The notes under the pieces are model-generated. The model worked only from the letters and a program-made list of their open reading frames with translations, made no database searches and had not been told where the DNA came from. This document shows positions 40,286-54,200 of a DNA stretch of 64,000 bases, piece after piece. The stretch lies in the NCBI RefSeq assembly GCF_009914755.1, contig NC_060925.1. One strand, given 5' to 3'. The position numbers and the translations under genes were made by a program. Each line of letters starts with the position of its first letter. The first letter of the stretch is position 1. The stretch comes from the human T2T-CHM13v2.0 reference genome, Homo sapiens.

Positions 40286-42625
40286 TAATACATCTGGCTT
40301 TAAAATCTCAGAAGCCTAGCAAGACTACCTCCTAGAAACATTGATATTTATTGACATTTTAGGGTATTTTCTATTGTTGCTCTCTTAAAGGCAAAGAAAA
40401 CCTATTTTTCTAGTTAGAATTACCCCTTAATGCATTGACAACTCTGAAAGAAGAAATTCTAGCCTTTTCTTTCCTAATCAGTGAAAGGCCCTTTCCCCCA
40501 TATTGCCCTCTCCGCCCCCCATATTTGGGTATTTCTAGCCTACTTTTTCATCTGTATGCCCTGTTACTATGGTGACAGGCACCATAGAAATAGAGAACAA
40601 AGCAGATGTAATAAGCATCTCCTACATGGTTTACAATGCTAAAAAGAGATCTAGGATTTTCAGGCGTTGCTTTTTCTTCACTGATGATAGAACTGGACCA
40701 GCCCAACATTGTGGGGGTATAGGGACTGGGGTTATGGGCTGATTTGGACCCTACAATTCCCATCGTCTTTTACTTTATCAGTCCTTATTCTACCCAGGAG
40801 TCATGAAGGTGAAGAAAGACTAACGGGAGTCTGCATGGAAAGTGTAATATAGAAATTAGGGCCACAGAAACAACACATTGCAAAGGACAGATACTTCTGC
40901 TGAAGCATATTCCATTGGAGGGAATCAAGCCAGCTGTAATGTTCACCAGTCATTGATCCTTTTGCTTGATTTTGCATTGTTCAACTTAACCTTTCAATAG
41001 AAAGATTTATCAGCTAGGTTTCTCCCACTTCAAGGTACTTAGCCTATGTTAGATTTTTTTTAAATTAAATAAAAATAAATCTGGATTACTAATAACTTGC
41101 AATATTTGCTCCTGGCCATTGGGGCCATTGAACTTTTAAAAATAAGTAGTTGAACAGCTAATGCATGCTTATTTTGTGCTTGTTTTAGAATTATAATTAA
41201 ATATTCAGCAGATATTGTGAAAGTTAGCTTTCCATAAGATCCAGGAGAAATTTTCCATAAATTGTTTTTAACCTTCTACATGCATGTCTATTATTTTATT
41301 TATTACATCTTCACGTATCATTTCTGGATATCTTTAATCAATTACCTAAGATTAAATAAAGTGTTCCAACTACTCAATTCCATCACCTGGACAATTATTT
41401 TTAAGTTTATTATTTTTTAAGTTTTATGTTGCTTATATTTTTATGTTTAGGGACCTGTATAGTTTTAAAATAATACTATGTTTAGAATATAAGTTGTGAT
41501 ACATGAATCAAATATTTGGAGCTATAGAAGCTGAATGATCCATGTGTCCATTACATTGTAGTATGAGGGCCTGAAACTCCTTCTACCTCTAAATTCTTGT
41601 TTCTTTGCCTATGTGGCTCTTTTCTTTTTACTTGACGAGCAAAAGAAGTATACTTTGCCAATTTTGTTATCTGTTGTAATGGCCCTAACAGTGATGTGAA
41701 AATATGTCTGAATCAACCCCACGCTTTGAGTTTTAAAAAACCCACACAGTGTAACCTTCCCCAGTCATGTCAGCTTTTCCCCTTTGTGACACGAATGAAA
41801 GAACAAGAGCATTGGAGTGGGAGTTGGAACAGCCAGTGCTGACCGTGGCACAGCCTCTGCCAGGGGTGAGCTTGGAGATACATTTATATCTCTATACAAA
41901 GCATACAGCTTCCTCAGGAAGAGCCCAGGAGCCCCAAGGAAGGTTTTGAGAGATTATATCAGATTAGTTTTGGGAAGTAACACTGGCAACTGTGTGGAGG
42001 GTGTGCTGAAGATGAGAGAGATCATATTGCGAGACCAAGTAGGGCAGTGGGATGAAGTAGAGGAGACTAGTAGAAAAGTTAGTTTAGAAAAAAGTCGTAG
42101 GATTAAATATTCTATTTCCTTTTATCAGAAGATCCTATGGTAATTACTTAAGTCAAACTGTGATTACTGACATTTTACTAGTTTTACTATAGCTTCTAAC
42201 TTTTTCAGAGAAGGAGTGGATTAAGTTTTGAACCAAATGATTTGGGGTCAAATTGTCAAATTTCAGGTTACCAGTGAGTGTGCTTTATATTAGCACAACT
42301 TTTTAAATTATAGCTTCTAAACATTTATGTCTTCTGACTGGAAATGGGAAAAGATTTGGGGGAAGTACTATTTGTTCTATGGAAGAATAATGACACTTTG
42401 CACAGGAGAGGTTTGCTGAAACCAGGTAATCCCTCCAGGCAGCTTAGCTCATTGTCTTCCAGAAAGCTAAAAAATTATGGGCTCATTGGGTAAGGTTTCT
42501 TGGCCTAGAGAGAATAGAGGTTGTATTTGTGAGGAGCTTATTCTTTCATGGATTGCTGTTCTCTAAAACCTCCTGGGCGGAGAGAGTTCCCATCACTTTT
42601 GATGTTGTCATCACTGTGAACATAG

Positions 42626-43113
<488 letters not shown>

Positions 43114-44739
43114 TCACACATTCTTCAGAACAGAAAGCATTGACTATACCAAGAATGAAATTTTCCTGATAATTTTAGTAACTGTTCTCTTGATATAATG
43201 TACAAATTATATTATTTAAATGACTAATTCACAGATTAAAATTTTTTAATGTAATATATGGCTTTTACCTTTAAAAGTTGTAAAATCCTGGGAGCATTTG
43301 AAACTTGAACACAAACCCAAGGCTACTCTCGTGTACCAAAAATATGGAACTAGACAGAGACCTCCTGGCCTTGAAAATGTCTTGCTTTCATGACATCTTG
43401 GTTATTATTTATTTCTGCACCTACCTTTAGCTAAGGGACTAGAGAAGAGTGTCATCTGCTAGGGCAAGCTTTTGAGCTCTCTGGCTCAGTTCTCACAGTG
43501 GCTCAGTCTCCTATGAGTTTCAGAGTCTTCAAGGTGGTTCCTCTACCTGCCCCACAGCATCTGAAGCACTTACTGTGATTATAATAAAATAACTGAGGAT
43601 TTGTTTAATCTTTGTCTCTGTCACCAGACTATAAATTCCATGAGGTAGAGATAGCACCTGTTTGAGGACATCATGGGTTTTGTTTATTTTGTTGCTTCTC
43701 CAGGGCCATTTACCACATAACAGCCACTAAATATTTACTGAATGACTGAGTGAATGAATGAATGAATGAATGAATCCATGTTTAGCCTGTTGTTCATTCC
43801 ATGGAGCTAAGCTACTTTTTATTTTTCTCAGAGATCTCTTTGAAGAATATTCATATTGATGCTCGTTTTACTATTATGAATTTACTATTTGTGCATGTTT
43901 AGATAAGTCACATAACTGTCTCAGTTGCCAATCTGTAGTGGAGAAAATCTCATGGGGTTGTTGAGAGTTTTAAATAATTTATATAAGCACTTATAAAAAT
44001 ACTTAACATAAAGTTATCTCATCATGAGTATTGGCATCCATTATGGTTATAATATACAAGCATATTCAACTACTTCAACCTCACATCAGCTACTTGTTAG
44101 GGCCTATGTGTCCTCACACTAGACTTGTTTTGTCTTATGTACTGGGGGGACCTATTAAGGCAAGCTCCACCTGATTTATCTTTTGTAAGTTGTCAGTTCA
44201 GTTAACTAGACTTAAATTTACTTTTTCCTGGTAATTTTTAAAGTAGGGTCAAATTACTTAATGATGAAAAATTAGACTTGCATAGTTGTTGATCTAATAA
44301 AAGCACTATTGACAAAATAGAAAAAATTATAGCTGTCTCAGGACCAGATCACAAAAGCCCCTAAATTTTCGTTATAGCCTGAAACTTGTTCAATCTTCAC
44401 ATTTTCTGAAATTCAGCCTTATTCAGTAAATAGACAAGTAAAAGAAAACTATGGCCCTTCACATTTTTAATGTATATTTTGAGACATGTAGACTATAACC
44501 TTGAAAAGTCTTTTATGCTAATTGGTCATCATGGGTAACAATACTCAAAGTATTCAAAGTAACATAAGTCTAAGGTATAAATTCATATTTCATTTGTTAG
44601 GAGTCTAAAACTTCTTTGATTCTTTTTCTGTTGTGCATGAAGGTAACAAACGCCAGTGAGTGGTAGTTTTCTTATTATAAAACAATCTATTATACAAGAA
44701 AAAATTTATTCTAATATTATCTAAGTTTTGAAAAACTGA

Positions 44740-45334
<595 letters not shown>

Positions 45335-48129
45335 TGATTTTTAAAATCTCTATAAATGTCTGTTTATGCAGAACAAGGTGTAAGAATACATAGTTATTTG
45401 GTGTGTGCAGTAGGGTTTCATGAGAAGGGAAGGGAAATGAAGGAAGCTATTGTTCAGTAGTTTACACTTTTGATTCTTATTGTTTTCCTCTCTAGTAACA
45501 TCCCAGAGATGTTACACATGGTAAAGTCGTAGTAAAAAAAAATTATTTCTAAACAAAATGTTTCTTTCCCTAATGAGATTCTGGTTTGGGTGCTTTATTG
45601 TCAGTGTGCTGGGAATTTTGGAATGTTCTCTGTGTATTTCTATGATTTTGACCTAATAATCTCATTTGGATTTACCAGGCTCAGCAGCTGTTGTTTTTAT
45701 CGACTATTGCTAAGTCATATTAATGTCCAAAGTTGAAAAATCCTTTTCCTATGTTGGCCTAGATTATTCAGAGTTTTACAAAATTTAAGCCTTTTCTCCA
45801 ATGCCTGTAATTTTTATTTGCTTGTAAGAAACCTTATAATAATAATAATATCCCAGTGGGTACTTTAGATGGGCTAAGCCTATTTGCAGATCTCTCGCAG
45901 GATGGTAGTGAAGTTTGCAGGATGGTTTGTAGAACAGTGCTTTCTTGATAAATCCATCTATCCTCTTTTCTACTGGAGGAAGAAAAAACCTCAATTATAT
46001 TGACTTTAAGTACTGTTTGATGTAACATGATAGATCTTTGCAGTTTGATATGAATGATTTTCCTTTGGCAAAGCAGAATGCAAAACTGAGAAGTCAAAGA
46101 CATTGAGAATGTCCTAGGAGAGCATAAACTCAAAATTATAACCATTTTATTGGATACAATTGGAAAGTTTTATTTGAAGAGGAAATCAGATGTTGAATTT
46201 TGCCTTTTAATTCAATTTTTAACGTAATAGGAAGTTTTCTTACATAGTTGAAAACATATATTGCTTTCTTTGTAATTTCTAATTTGTTTAATTATAAGGC
46301 AGTGGTTTTGAGGTCTAAAAAAGATACTAGGTATGCTGTTACATTCCTCCCAGGGTGAGTTTTCTTGATTCTTAATCCCATCTGATCTCTGCACTATCAC
46401 ATTCCCTTTTTTCCTGTTGGGAGTTTAAATTTATTCTCCTTATACATTTAGGATTCAAACCAATAGCTCTTCTTGTTGTCTAGTGATATGGTCAATGATT
46501 TCTGCATTTACAGGTAAAGATGAGCATCAACAGTGTACTTTATCAGTTATAAAATCATCTTTACATAATAATCACATTTGATTCCGACAATTTAGAGAGG
46601 GAGAGAGGAAGAATGACTGAAATTAATTCCTATTCCTCAGAGAAGTTACACAATATACCCAAAATAGCATGTAAACAGAAGGGCAGGACAAGAACCAGGC
46701 CTTTTAGCTCTGTGTCCAGTCTTCTTTCCACCCTGTCATACTGTGTCTGCATGCCCTGTCCAAGGCATTTACCAAGACATTTCCCACATACAGAATTTGG
46801 TTAATATGCTGAATAAAATTGTTGTGTCAAATTTTAATAAACTCTATAAAACCAATTGGATATCCTTTGGTTCTTTCCCTGTTAAACGTGAATTCTTGCA
46901 CTATATGTATGGTGAGAGAGGTTTCCTGCTTTCAAGGCCAATGACAGTGAGTGTTCAACTTAAGAGTTAAGAACAAGAAGACAACAATAAGACAGATGTC
47001 CCAAGAAGGCATATGACTCACAAGTTCAGTGGAAACATCGTAGGAGGTGAGGCTTGCAGGATGTGATAAGATATGGAAAGTTGAAGAAGGGGGTGGACGG
47101 GAAATGTTTGAGCAGAGGTGTATAGGAAAGAATGTATGCAGTACTGAAATCATTGGGGATGAAACGATACATCCAGGATTTGCTTCAAGACACCTGGCAT
47201 GGGTGTGATATGAATTGATCATTGTTGGAGCTGGGTAAATGGTATATGGGGGACCCTTATAATATTATTCATACTTCTATATACATTAGAAAATTTCCAT
47301 AGTAAGAATTTTTTTTAATAAAAATGGTATATTATGTGTTTTTTGAACAATAGGTTAGGCTAGCCTATCAGAATAGAGAGCATGTTCAAAGGCATAGTAG
47401 GAAGGGTTGGAAAAGCGGCCTGGTACCAAATTTGATGGTGGGGGAGGATTTGTGAATGTATGCTGTGGAGCCTTGGTGAGTGCTAGTAGGCACTGGTTCA
47501 TTGGTTGGACTTGAGTTCTGCCTGACTGTGAGCCCAAAGTGGAGTTGCAGTCCAGTGTTGGCATCTTATCAAGAATGGCAGTAACTCCACTTTACCATCT
47601 GCTTCAGGAGTGTCAGATCTAATGTGCCATATTCAGTTCTGGAAGGCACATTTAAAGAGGACTTTTTGCGAACCAAGTTTCAATGGTGGGATATATCAAG
47701 CACGGAAGAGTAACTCACATCTTCTTAGCCATCTTCTTTCTGTCAGAACACTCCATCAGCTCATGGTTGTCTACCTGGAATAGATGTATTTTCCCTTCTT
47801 CCAAGTCTCTCTACTACTCCCTTTCAAACTCTTTGTCTTTTGAGAGCCAAAGAATAGGCAATAAAAAGCAAATTAAACACATTGCTGTGATTCCTTAGTG
47901 ATATGAAGGTACATAATCACAAAGGCATCTGACTCAACCTCCTGGCAACAGACTAACAGCTGACTGAGCTATACCCAGAAAGGAGCCCTCAGTGTAGCTT
48001 TCTGAAGCAAAGTTCCTCCTCCTTCTTGCTGAAGCTATTTCTCTATAGCTAAGTAAAAAAGACAAGAGATGTATCAGAAATTTGGTTAATTGATAATATT
48101 AAGGAATTGTTAATTATTTGTATATGATT

Positions 48130-48526
48130 CAGTAATGATTCTAGAGCTGACACACATAAGCTTGTGAAAACTGATTGTTGTGTTATAGGAATTTTCAAGC
48201 TAGTTAAACATAGTCATTAAAAACTAAATTGTACAAACTTAAAGTACTAAAAGTAAAATAAATACTCAAAACTCTCACTTCCTAATTATTTTGCTATAAT
48301 TTGTTGTTATCTATGCTCTTAAGGTTATTTATGTCTAAGGTATCTGCAGAGTAGAAGTGCTGTATAATGATGTGTGACACATCTCTTCTCAACTCCACAT
48401 TCAGTGACATCATGTTGGTACTTTGAAATTGGCCATGGTGGGAATCATGGAAAATGGCAAAGAACCAGGGTCCTTTTTTTTTTTTCTCAGAAACCTGGTT
48501 GTTAAATATTTACCAGCATGCCACTG
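48130..48526 (+). mobile_element. MER63-type hAT DNA transposon, within an old L1ME fragment
   Basis: Degenerate TIRs cagtaatgattct... / ...ccagcatgccactg; internal cttgtgaaaactgattgtt and ggttgttaaatatttaccagca. Confidence 0.65.
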
Positions 48527-48949
48527 GATATTATTATGATATTATGGTTATATCTTAAAGACTCTTTCTGTTTTAGAGATCCATACTGAAATAAGACAGA
48601 ATATATCTAGAATCTGTTTCAAAATAATCCAATGAGGGTGAGTATTGTGGTGTTGAATCAGAGTGGTGGGCAGATGGGTTTCATTGCACCACTCTCTCAA
48701 CCTTTGTGTATGTTTAAAATTTTCCATAATAAAATGTTAAAACAGCAATTATGGAATGTTACAATGAAAATAAATTGCCTGTACCTAGTAGACATAGATA
48801 GCAATCCAGTCTGGCACCTGTCTGTCCTTCAAACTTTGATGCCAACATTCCTTTGATAAAATCATATTCTCAAATTTTGGAGCACTTATTTTGTAAATGG
48901 TTCACATAGGTCGTTGATTTTAAAGATCTGTTTCTCATTAAATAAAATC

Positions 48950-49300
48950 AAGAAACCACCATGTGCAGTTTATCATGCCCATCAGGGCAAAGGAATCCAC
49001 TAGAGCCTTCCCAAGGACAGCAAAAAGCTTTCTTCATAGTGGGCGGGGAGGGGAGGGGGTGCGGGGCATTCATTTGTTGGATTGCAATCCTGTTTGCAAA
49101 ACCAGTTGTACAAATAGGGAAAAATGAATCAAGTAATTGCTCAGAAGGCTACTTGCAGCTACATGACAGCTGTGTACCCTTTAGATTTATTTTCAGTCTA
49201 GCTGATTTGAGTCATTGCCCAAAAAAGGAGTGCTGTCAAGTGAATTGTCTTTTATGCAGATGATGACAGCCTTTCTAAATATTGCCTGGCTGATATAAGT
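48950..49300. promoter_or_regulatory. Candidate intronic enhancer
   Basis: Apparently non-repetitive segment with GC-box/G4 run, C/EBP-like palindrome, AP-1 TGAGTCA 49208-49214, three TGACAG/CTGTCA words and an E-box; motif evidence only. Confidence 0.4.
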
Positions 49301-51153
49301 GATTTGTTTGGAATTATTGGCCTATGAATTAAATTAGTCCTAATCCAAATGATTTTAAAAGTTCTCGCTTAGATTATATATTGATTACATTTCACAAAGA
49401 GCACAAAATAACTATATTTTTTTCTAGCATATATTTAGACATCAAATGGAAAAGCTATAGCATGAATTACTCAGAATACATCTTTTTTTTAAGTTTGAAG
49501 TTTTAATTTCATTCTTAATATCAATTTGGAGTATGGTAATAGTTTCTCCTTGGATTTGATTATGCAATAATGCATACAAACTAAATCCAGTTGACATGGG
49601 AAAATATTTATGTTGTGTAATGAATGCAAGTGGTCACTATGATTATCCCATCAAACAGAGTAGTGAGGAAATTATTAGGTTTTATAATGAGGACAGAGAA
49701 GGACAATCAGAACCTTGAGGGGGAAAGTAGTCTATTCTGTCTTATAATATTAAGTTAATGTGAGTTTCTGGTCTGTGTAGAAATACAGGCTTATTCTCTT
49801 AAGGTAACGACAAAAAAATTCAAAGCCTCAAGCAATGAAAACAGCAGATGCAAACTCAGGTTTGTTTTGACCCCTCAGTTTTGTTTCACCCTGGGCTGAA
49901 ACAGATACTGCAAATAGGAATTGAGATCAGGGAAGCCAGAAGTCAGAAGAGTGTGTGTAGGAGAAAGATCATTATAACTTCTCCTCATAAGACAGAGCTG
50001 GACAGAAAAATCACCTGGAGAAACTGGGAGCCTTTGTTGACACTTTGCTGCAGTTTTTCCCATGTTAATTCCTTTGTACCAATACCCTTCAGGGCTCTGC
50101 AGGGTCCCACCACAACATACATTCTGAGAGTTTGTTTGAGGCGTATAAATACAATAGAAGTCATAGTTCCAAATTAAGTTGGAGCATGAAGATTGGGGTG
50201 TGATTGCTAAGAAAAAAGGACATATTAAGTTCCTGAAGTGAGATAATCACAGACTTGTGATTATTCACTCAAAAACTATTTACTGAGCCCCTACTATCTG
50301 GGCTAGGTGATGGGATACCACAGTGAGCCCTACAAATAGAAGCCCTGTGCTACCAGAGCTTACTGCTTACTGTGCAGAGAAAAGTGATAAACAACATAAG
50401 TATATAGTACATTAAACGGAGACAGATAATGTAGGAAAAACAAAACCAGAGCAGTTCTTCAAAATTAAATTCCCAAAGGATAACATTTTCCAACTCTATC
50501 AAAGCTAGCAAAGAGAGGAGATTGGTATTTATAAAAATACAACACATACCACATCAGAAATTCCTTCATGTTTCTATTAACCCTGTTGATATGCTAAATA
50601 TATTCACTATCTCTACAACCATTAGAGAACAAAGTAAAGATGAAGTAGCTTGGAAAGGGAGCAGCTCTTTAACACTGAAGTGAAATGAAAAATATGCCCT
50701 TATGTTTTGTTAGTGAGTTGACAGTTCATGATCAGGAAGACAATGAGCACCTGCAATAGGGAGGCTGCAAGTTATTTTTAAAAAGAATGTCTTTGATTGC
50801 TTCCAATTCTATTTATCTCCAGTTGGACAATCAAGTAGAAGTCATTTGAAGAGATGTTTTGTAGTTATGTGGATGCGGATTTGCATATGTGGGTGTTTTC
50901 GAACATATAAACTTTTAATGAATTCAGTCATCTTCATAGAAAACTAAATTGTCCCAACTTTAAATGGAAATATTCTGGAAGGAAGGTATTAAATGAGTTC
51001 TTTTATATGGGAGATGGACTGAGGCTGCATTGAGTTATTTATTTTAAATAACTTTTAAAATTTTACCAAGTGCAGGTCTTTAAGTCCAACATTGGCCCAA
51101 GTCTTCAGCAAAAACAGCTTAACAAACTCATTTATATTTTTTCCTCTCCCTAG

Positions 51154-51210
51154 GGCTCCAGTTTGTGTTTTCAGCTGCCTACTAGACCTCACTACCTGGA
51201 TGGCCCACAG
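51154..51210 (+). other. Candidate 57-nt 5'UTR cassette exon (L2-derived)
   Basis: Branch-like ctcat, polypyrimidine ttttttcctctccctag acceptor, donor CAG|GTACTG. Confidence 0.45.
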
Positions 51211-54200
51211 GTACTGCAAACTCAGTGTTTTAAATAACACACTCATTAGCCCCCTTCATCATTGACCCTGTGGCCAAAGCTAGGATAAGTCACTTGTCCT
51301 TGAGTCCTGACTCTCCTTAACATCTAATCTGCTACCAAGTCCTTCTAAGGGATACCTAAGGAGCCCTAGAGTCTATGCCCATAAGCTAGTTAGCAGAGCA
51401 CCTGCTCGAAAGCACTTAAAAGTAATAGTAGTACTTTTGCTTCTATCCCCTCTTCTCTTCACACTCAGGCACATCTTAGTTCAAGCCACCTTTCCTGTTT
51501 ATCATCTGGACAATTGATCTATCCTGATCTCCTCCCTATGTGTATTTCTCCTTTTTAACGAGTTGTTCATGCTGCTACCAAAGTGGCAAATTCTAACTTT
51601 TTAAATTTAAGATTTGACGCTGACTGGATTAAGTCACTCCCTTTCACAAATACCTTTTTGGGTTCAATAGAATGGTACCTGTGTCTCATTAGGTCTGGAC
51701 CTAAATGGCCTTTTCATCTCACCTTCTTCAGCTTTCCCGCTAGGTTCACTTGCGAGAACAGTACTCAGTCAAACCTTAGCTATGCCAAACCTTTAATAAA
51801 GCATAAAAGATTAATTATGTTAATTATTAGCCTTGCTTTGATATGAAAGGGCAAAATTCACCAGTTAGCTCCTTGGTCTTCCACTGAATATTGGAATATT
51901 AACTAGCACTTTATAACAGAGCCTTTCACCAGCCCAACTTTACTGCTCTTCCCTTTTCCCAGCTCTCTAGTCAGCCAGAACCCACAGTTCTGCCTAAATT
52001 CCTTCATTCCTGGTCAGTCTCACTGATACTACCATGGTCTTCACTCTCACTGCTTCAGCATTGAATGACTGCAGTAGGTTCCTGCCTGGTTTCCTTACCT
52101 TCATTTCCCCCGGCCCCCGATCCTGCCCCATTGTATCTCTCATGCCTTACCAGGTTAGTTTTCCTAAAATATTGCTTGCATTCTATTTTAGAATCTATAA
52201 TTGTTCTCTTTTGTAAGTCAATTCAAGCCATACTCTCATATTCTGGAATCTCCAACCGTAAATGTCCTCACTGCCTCATTTATTTGTGAAGTCGTCCCCC
52301 TCTGGCCGTGAAGATCCTCTGCAGCCTCACTGCTCTTCCTCAGGCAACACCCCTCTGCTCTTTCCCTCCCCACTACCCCGCTGGAGATTTTTTTCCTGCT
52401 CCAGCCCCTGCATATCCCTAACGGCTCAGAGATACCTTATCTATGTTGCCTTCTCCATTCCCTGAGCTATACCTGTTCATCTTACAAGAGGAAGCTTTGG
52501 ATGGTTGGAAGAGCACCATGTTTGGTGTCAGTTATAGGATCAAGCTCTTGCTCACCAGCCATGTGTCATCAGCAGCTAATTTTTTTTCTCTCTGAGCTTG
52601 TATCCTTATCCTAAAGTCAAGTGTATGATTTAAATGACTATGAAAAAAATGCTCCATAAACTTTTGAGCATTATATAGATGTTCAGAGTTGTTCCACTCC
52701 ACTATTTAATCCTTCATTTTTTTCCTGTTCACTTTTTGTACAAATTTCTCATTTTCCTAACTTTATAAGTGTTTTAAGGATAGATAGAAAATGAAATATA
52801 CTTTCTTATCTTATTCAGCCCATACCACAGCAAATGCTCAATGAATTCTCCCTGTCAAGAGAATTCAGTGAATATAAATATAAAGGATCAGGCTCTGTGG
52901 TGAAAGTGCAGTATTTGATAAAGTGAGTGAGGGAATAACAAGAAAAGAGGGTGCCCAAAGAAAACGGGACTGACTAGCGGTCTGGCCTGCCTCAATACTT
53001 TTGGTGCGTCCACAGACAAGCTCTGAATGAGACCCACTAGCCAGGCTCTTCAACCTCTTAACACCATGGCAATAGAATTGACTCAGTTTCTTAAGTGTGA
53101 CACTGTTCTTAAAACATAGTAGGCTCTCAAGTGTTTCTAGAATTCACTAGCCACATGATTTGATTATTATATATATTTATATACATGCATGTACCGTGCT
53201 AATAGATTTGTCTGTCACTGCTTATTTATTCATAGTTTTTTTTCCTTTTACATTTCATTCTTATACAGAGCAGCAGTATGTCTGCTTTGTCTGCAGAGTA
53301 GCACTAATATTCAGATTTGCATTGTGTTTGTGCAGTGTCTAATAGGGGCTACCTGATCACTTGCTGAAGTCATAGGTAGTTCAGGAACTACCTTCTTACT
53401 TAGATTGCTAGGACATTTTCATAAGAATATTGTACTGTATATAATACTAAGCTTACTCAAATCCTGCTTAAAATTAAAAATAAGTATAAAGAATAATAAT
53501 TAGTAAATGAGAATATATTCTGTTTTTGCATGGTGTCTTCTAGCCCCTTCTCCCACACCCAATCTCCTTGGAATAAGAGATATGGTAATGGAGCCCAGAA
53601 ATTCATGATCCTACTTAGTATCCATCTTAGCAGAAAAATGTAAACCATAGTGAGTTTTGTTTGCTAACACTATCCTTAGACAATAAGAATAATCGTTAGG
53701 TACTTATAATAACTCTCACTATGTTTAGGTTACTGAGTCAGTTAAAAGCAGACTAATCAGTAAAATACATTTTCTGGTTTTAGAGAGCTTATAATTTACA
53801 ATAGATTAAAGGGAATGACAGTAACCACAGAAAAATAATTAAGAGAAATGTGATTTACTTGTTACCTAAGAAGCAAAAGATACATTTTTCTCCAAAGTAA
53901 GTCATTAAAGATTGCAATCGTTTATACCAGAGTTGATTTACTAGCATGAAAATGATTGCTTAACCCTGCTCCCTGTGTTCACCAGGCGGGTTGGTGAAAG
54001 CTTGTGTTTCAGATGAGCCAGCCTGGCTACAGGAAAAGATATTTGCATAGAAGACTGGGGACACTGCCACACAAGAAAATGAAGAATTATGCTTTTGAAA
54101 TTCCTTTTATTACTTCCTTGATTAAATTGTTGTTTCCAAGGGAATTGGATTTTCAGATGAAATTTTAATAATGCTTCAGATAATTCCAATTGTGTTCTTT

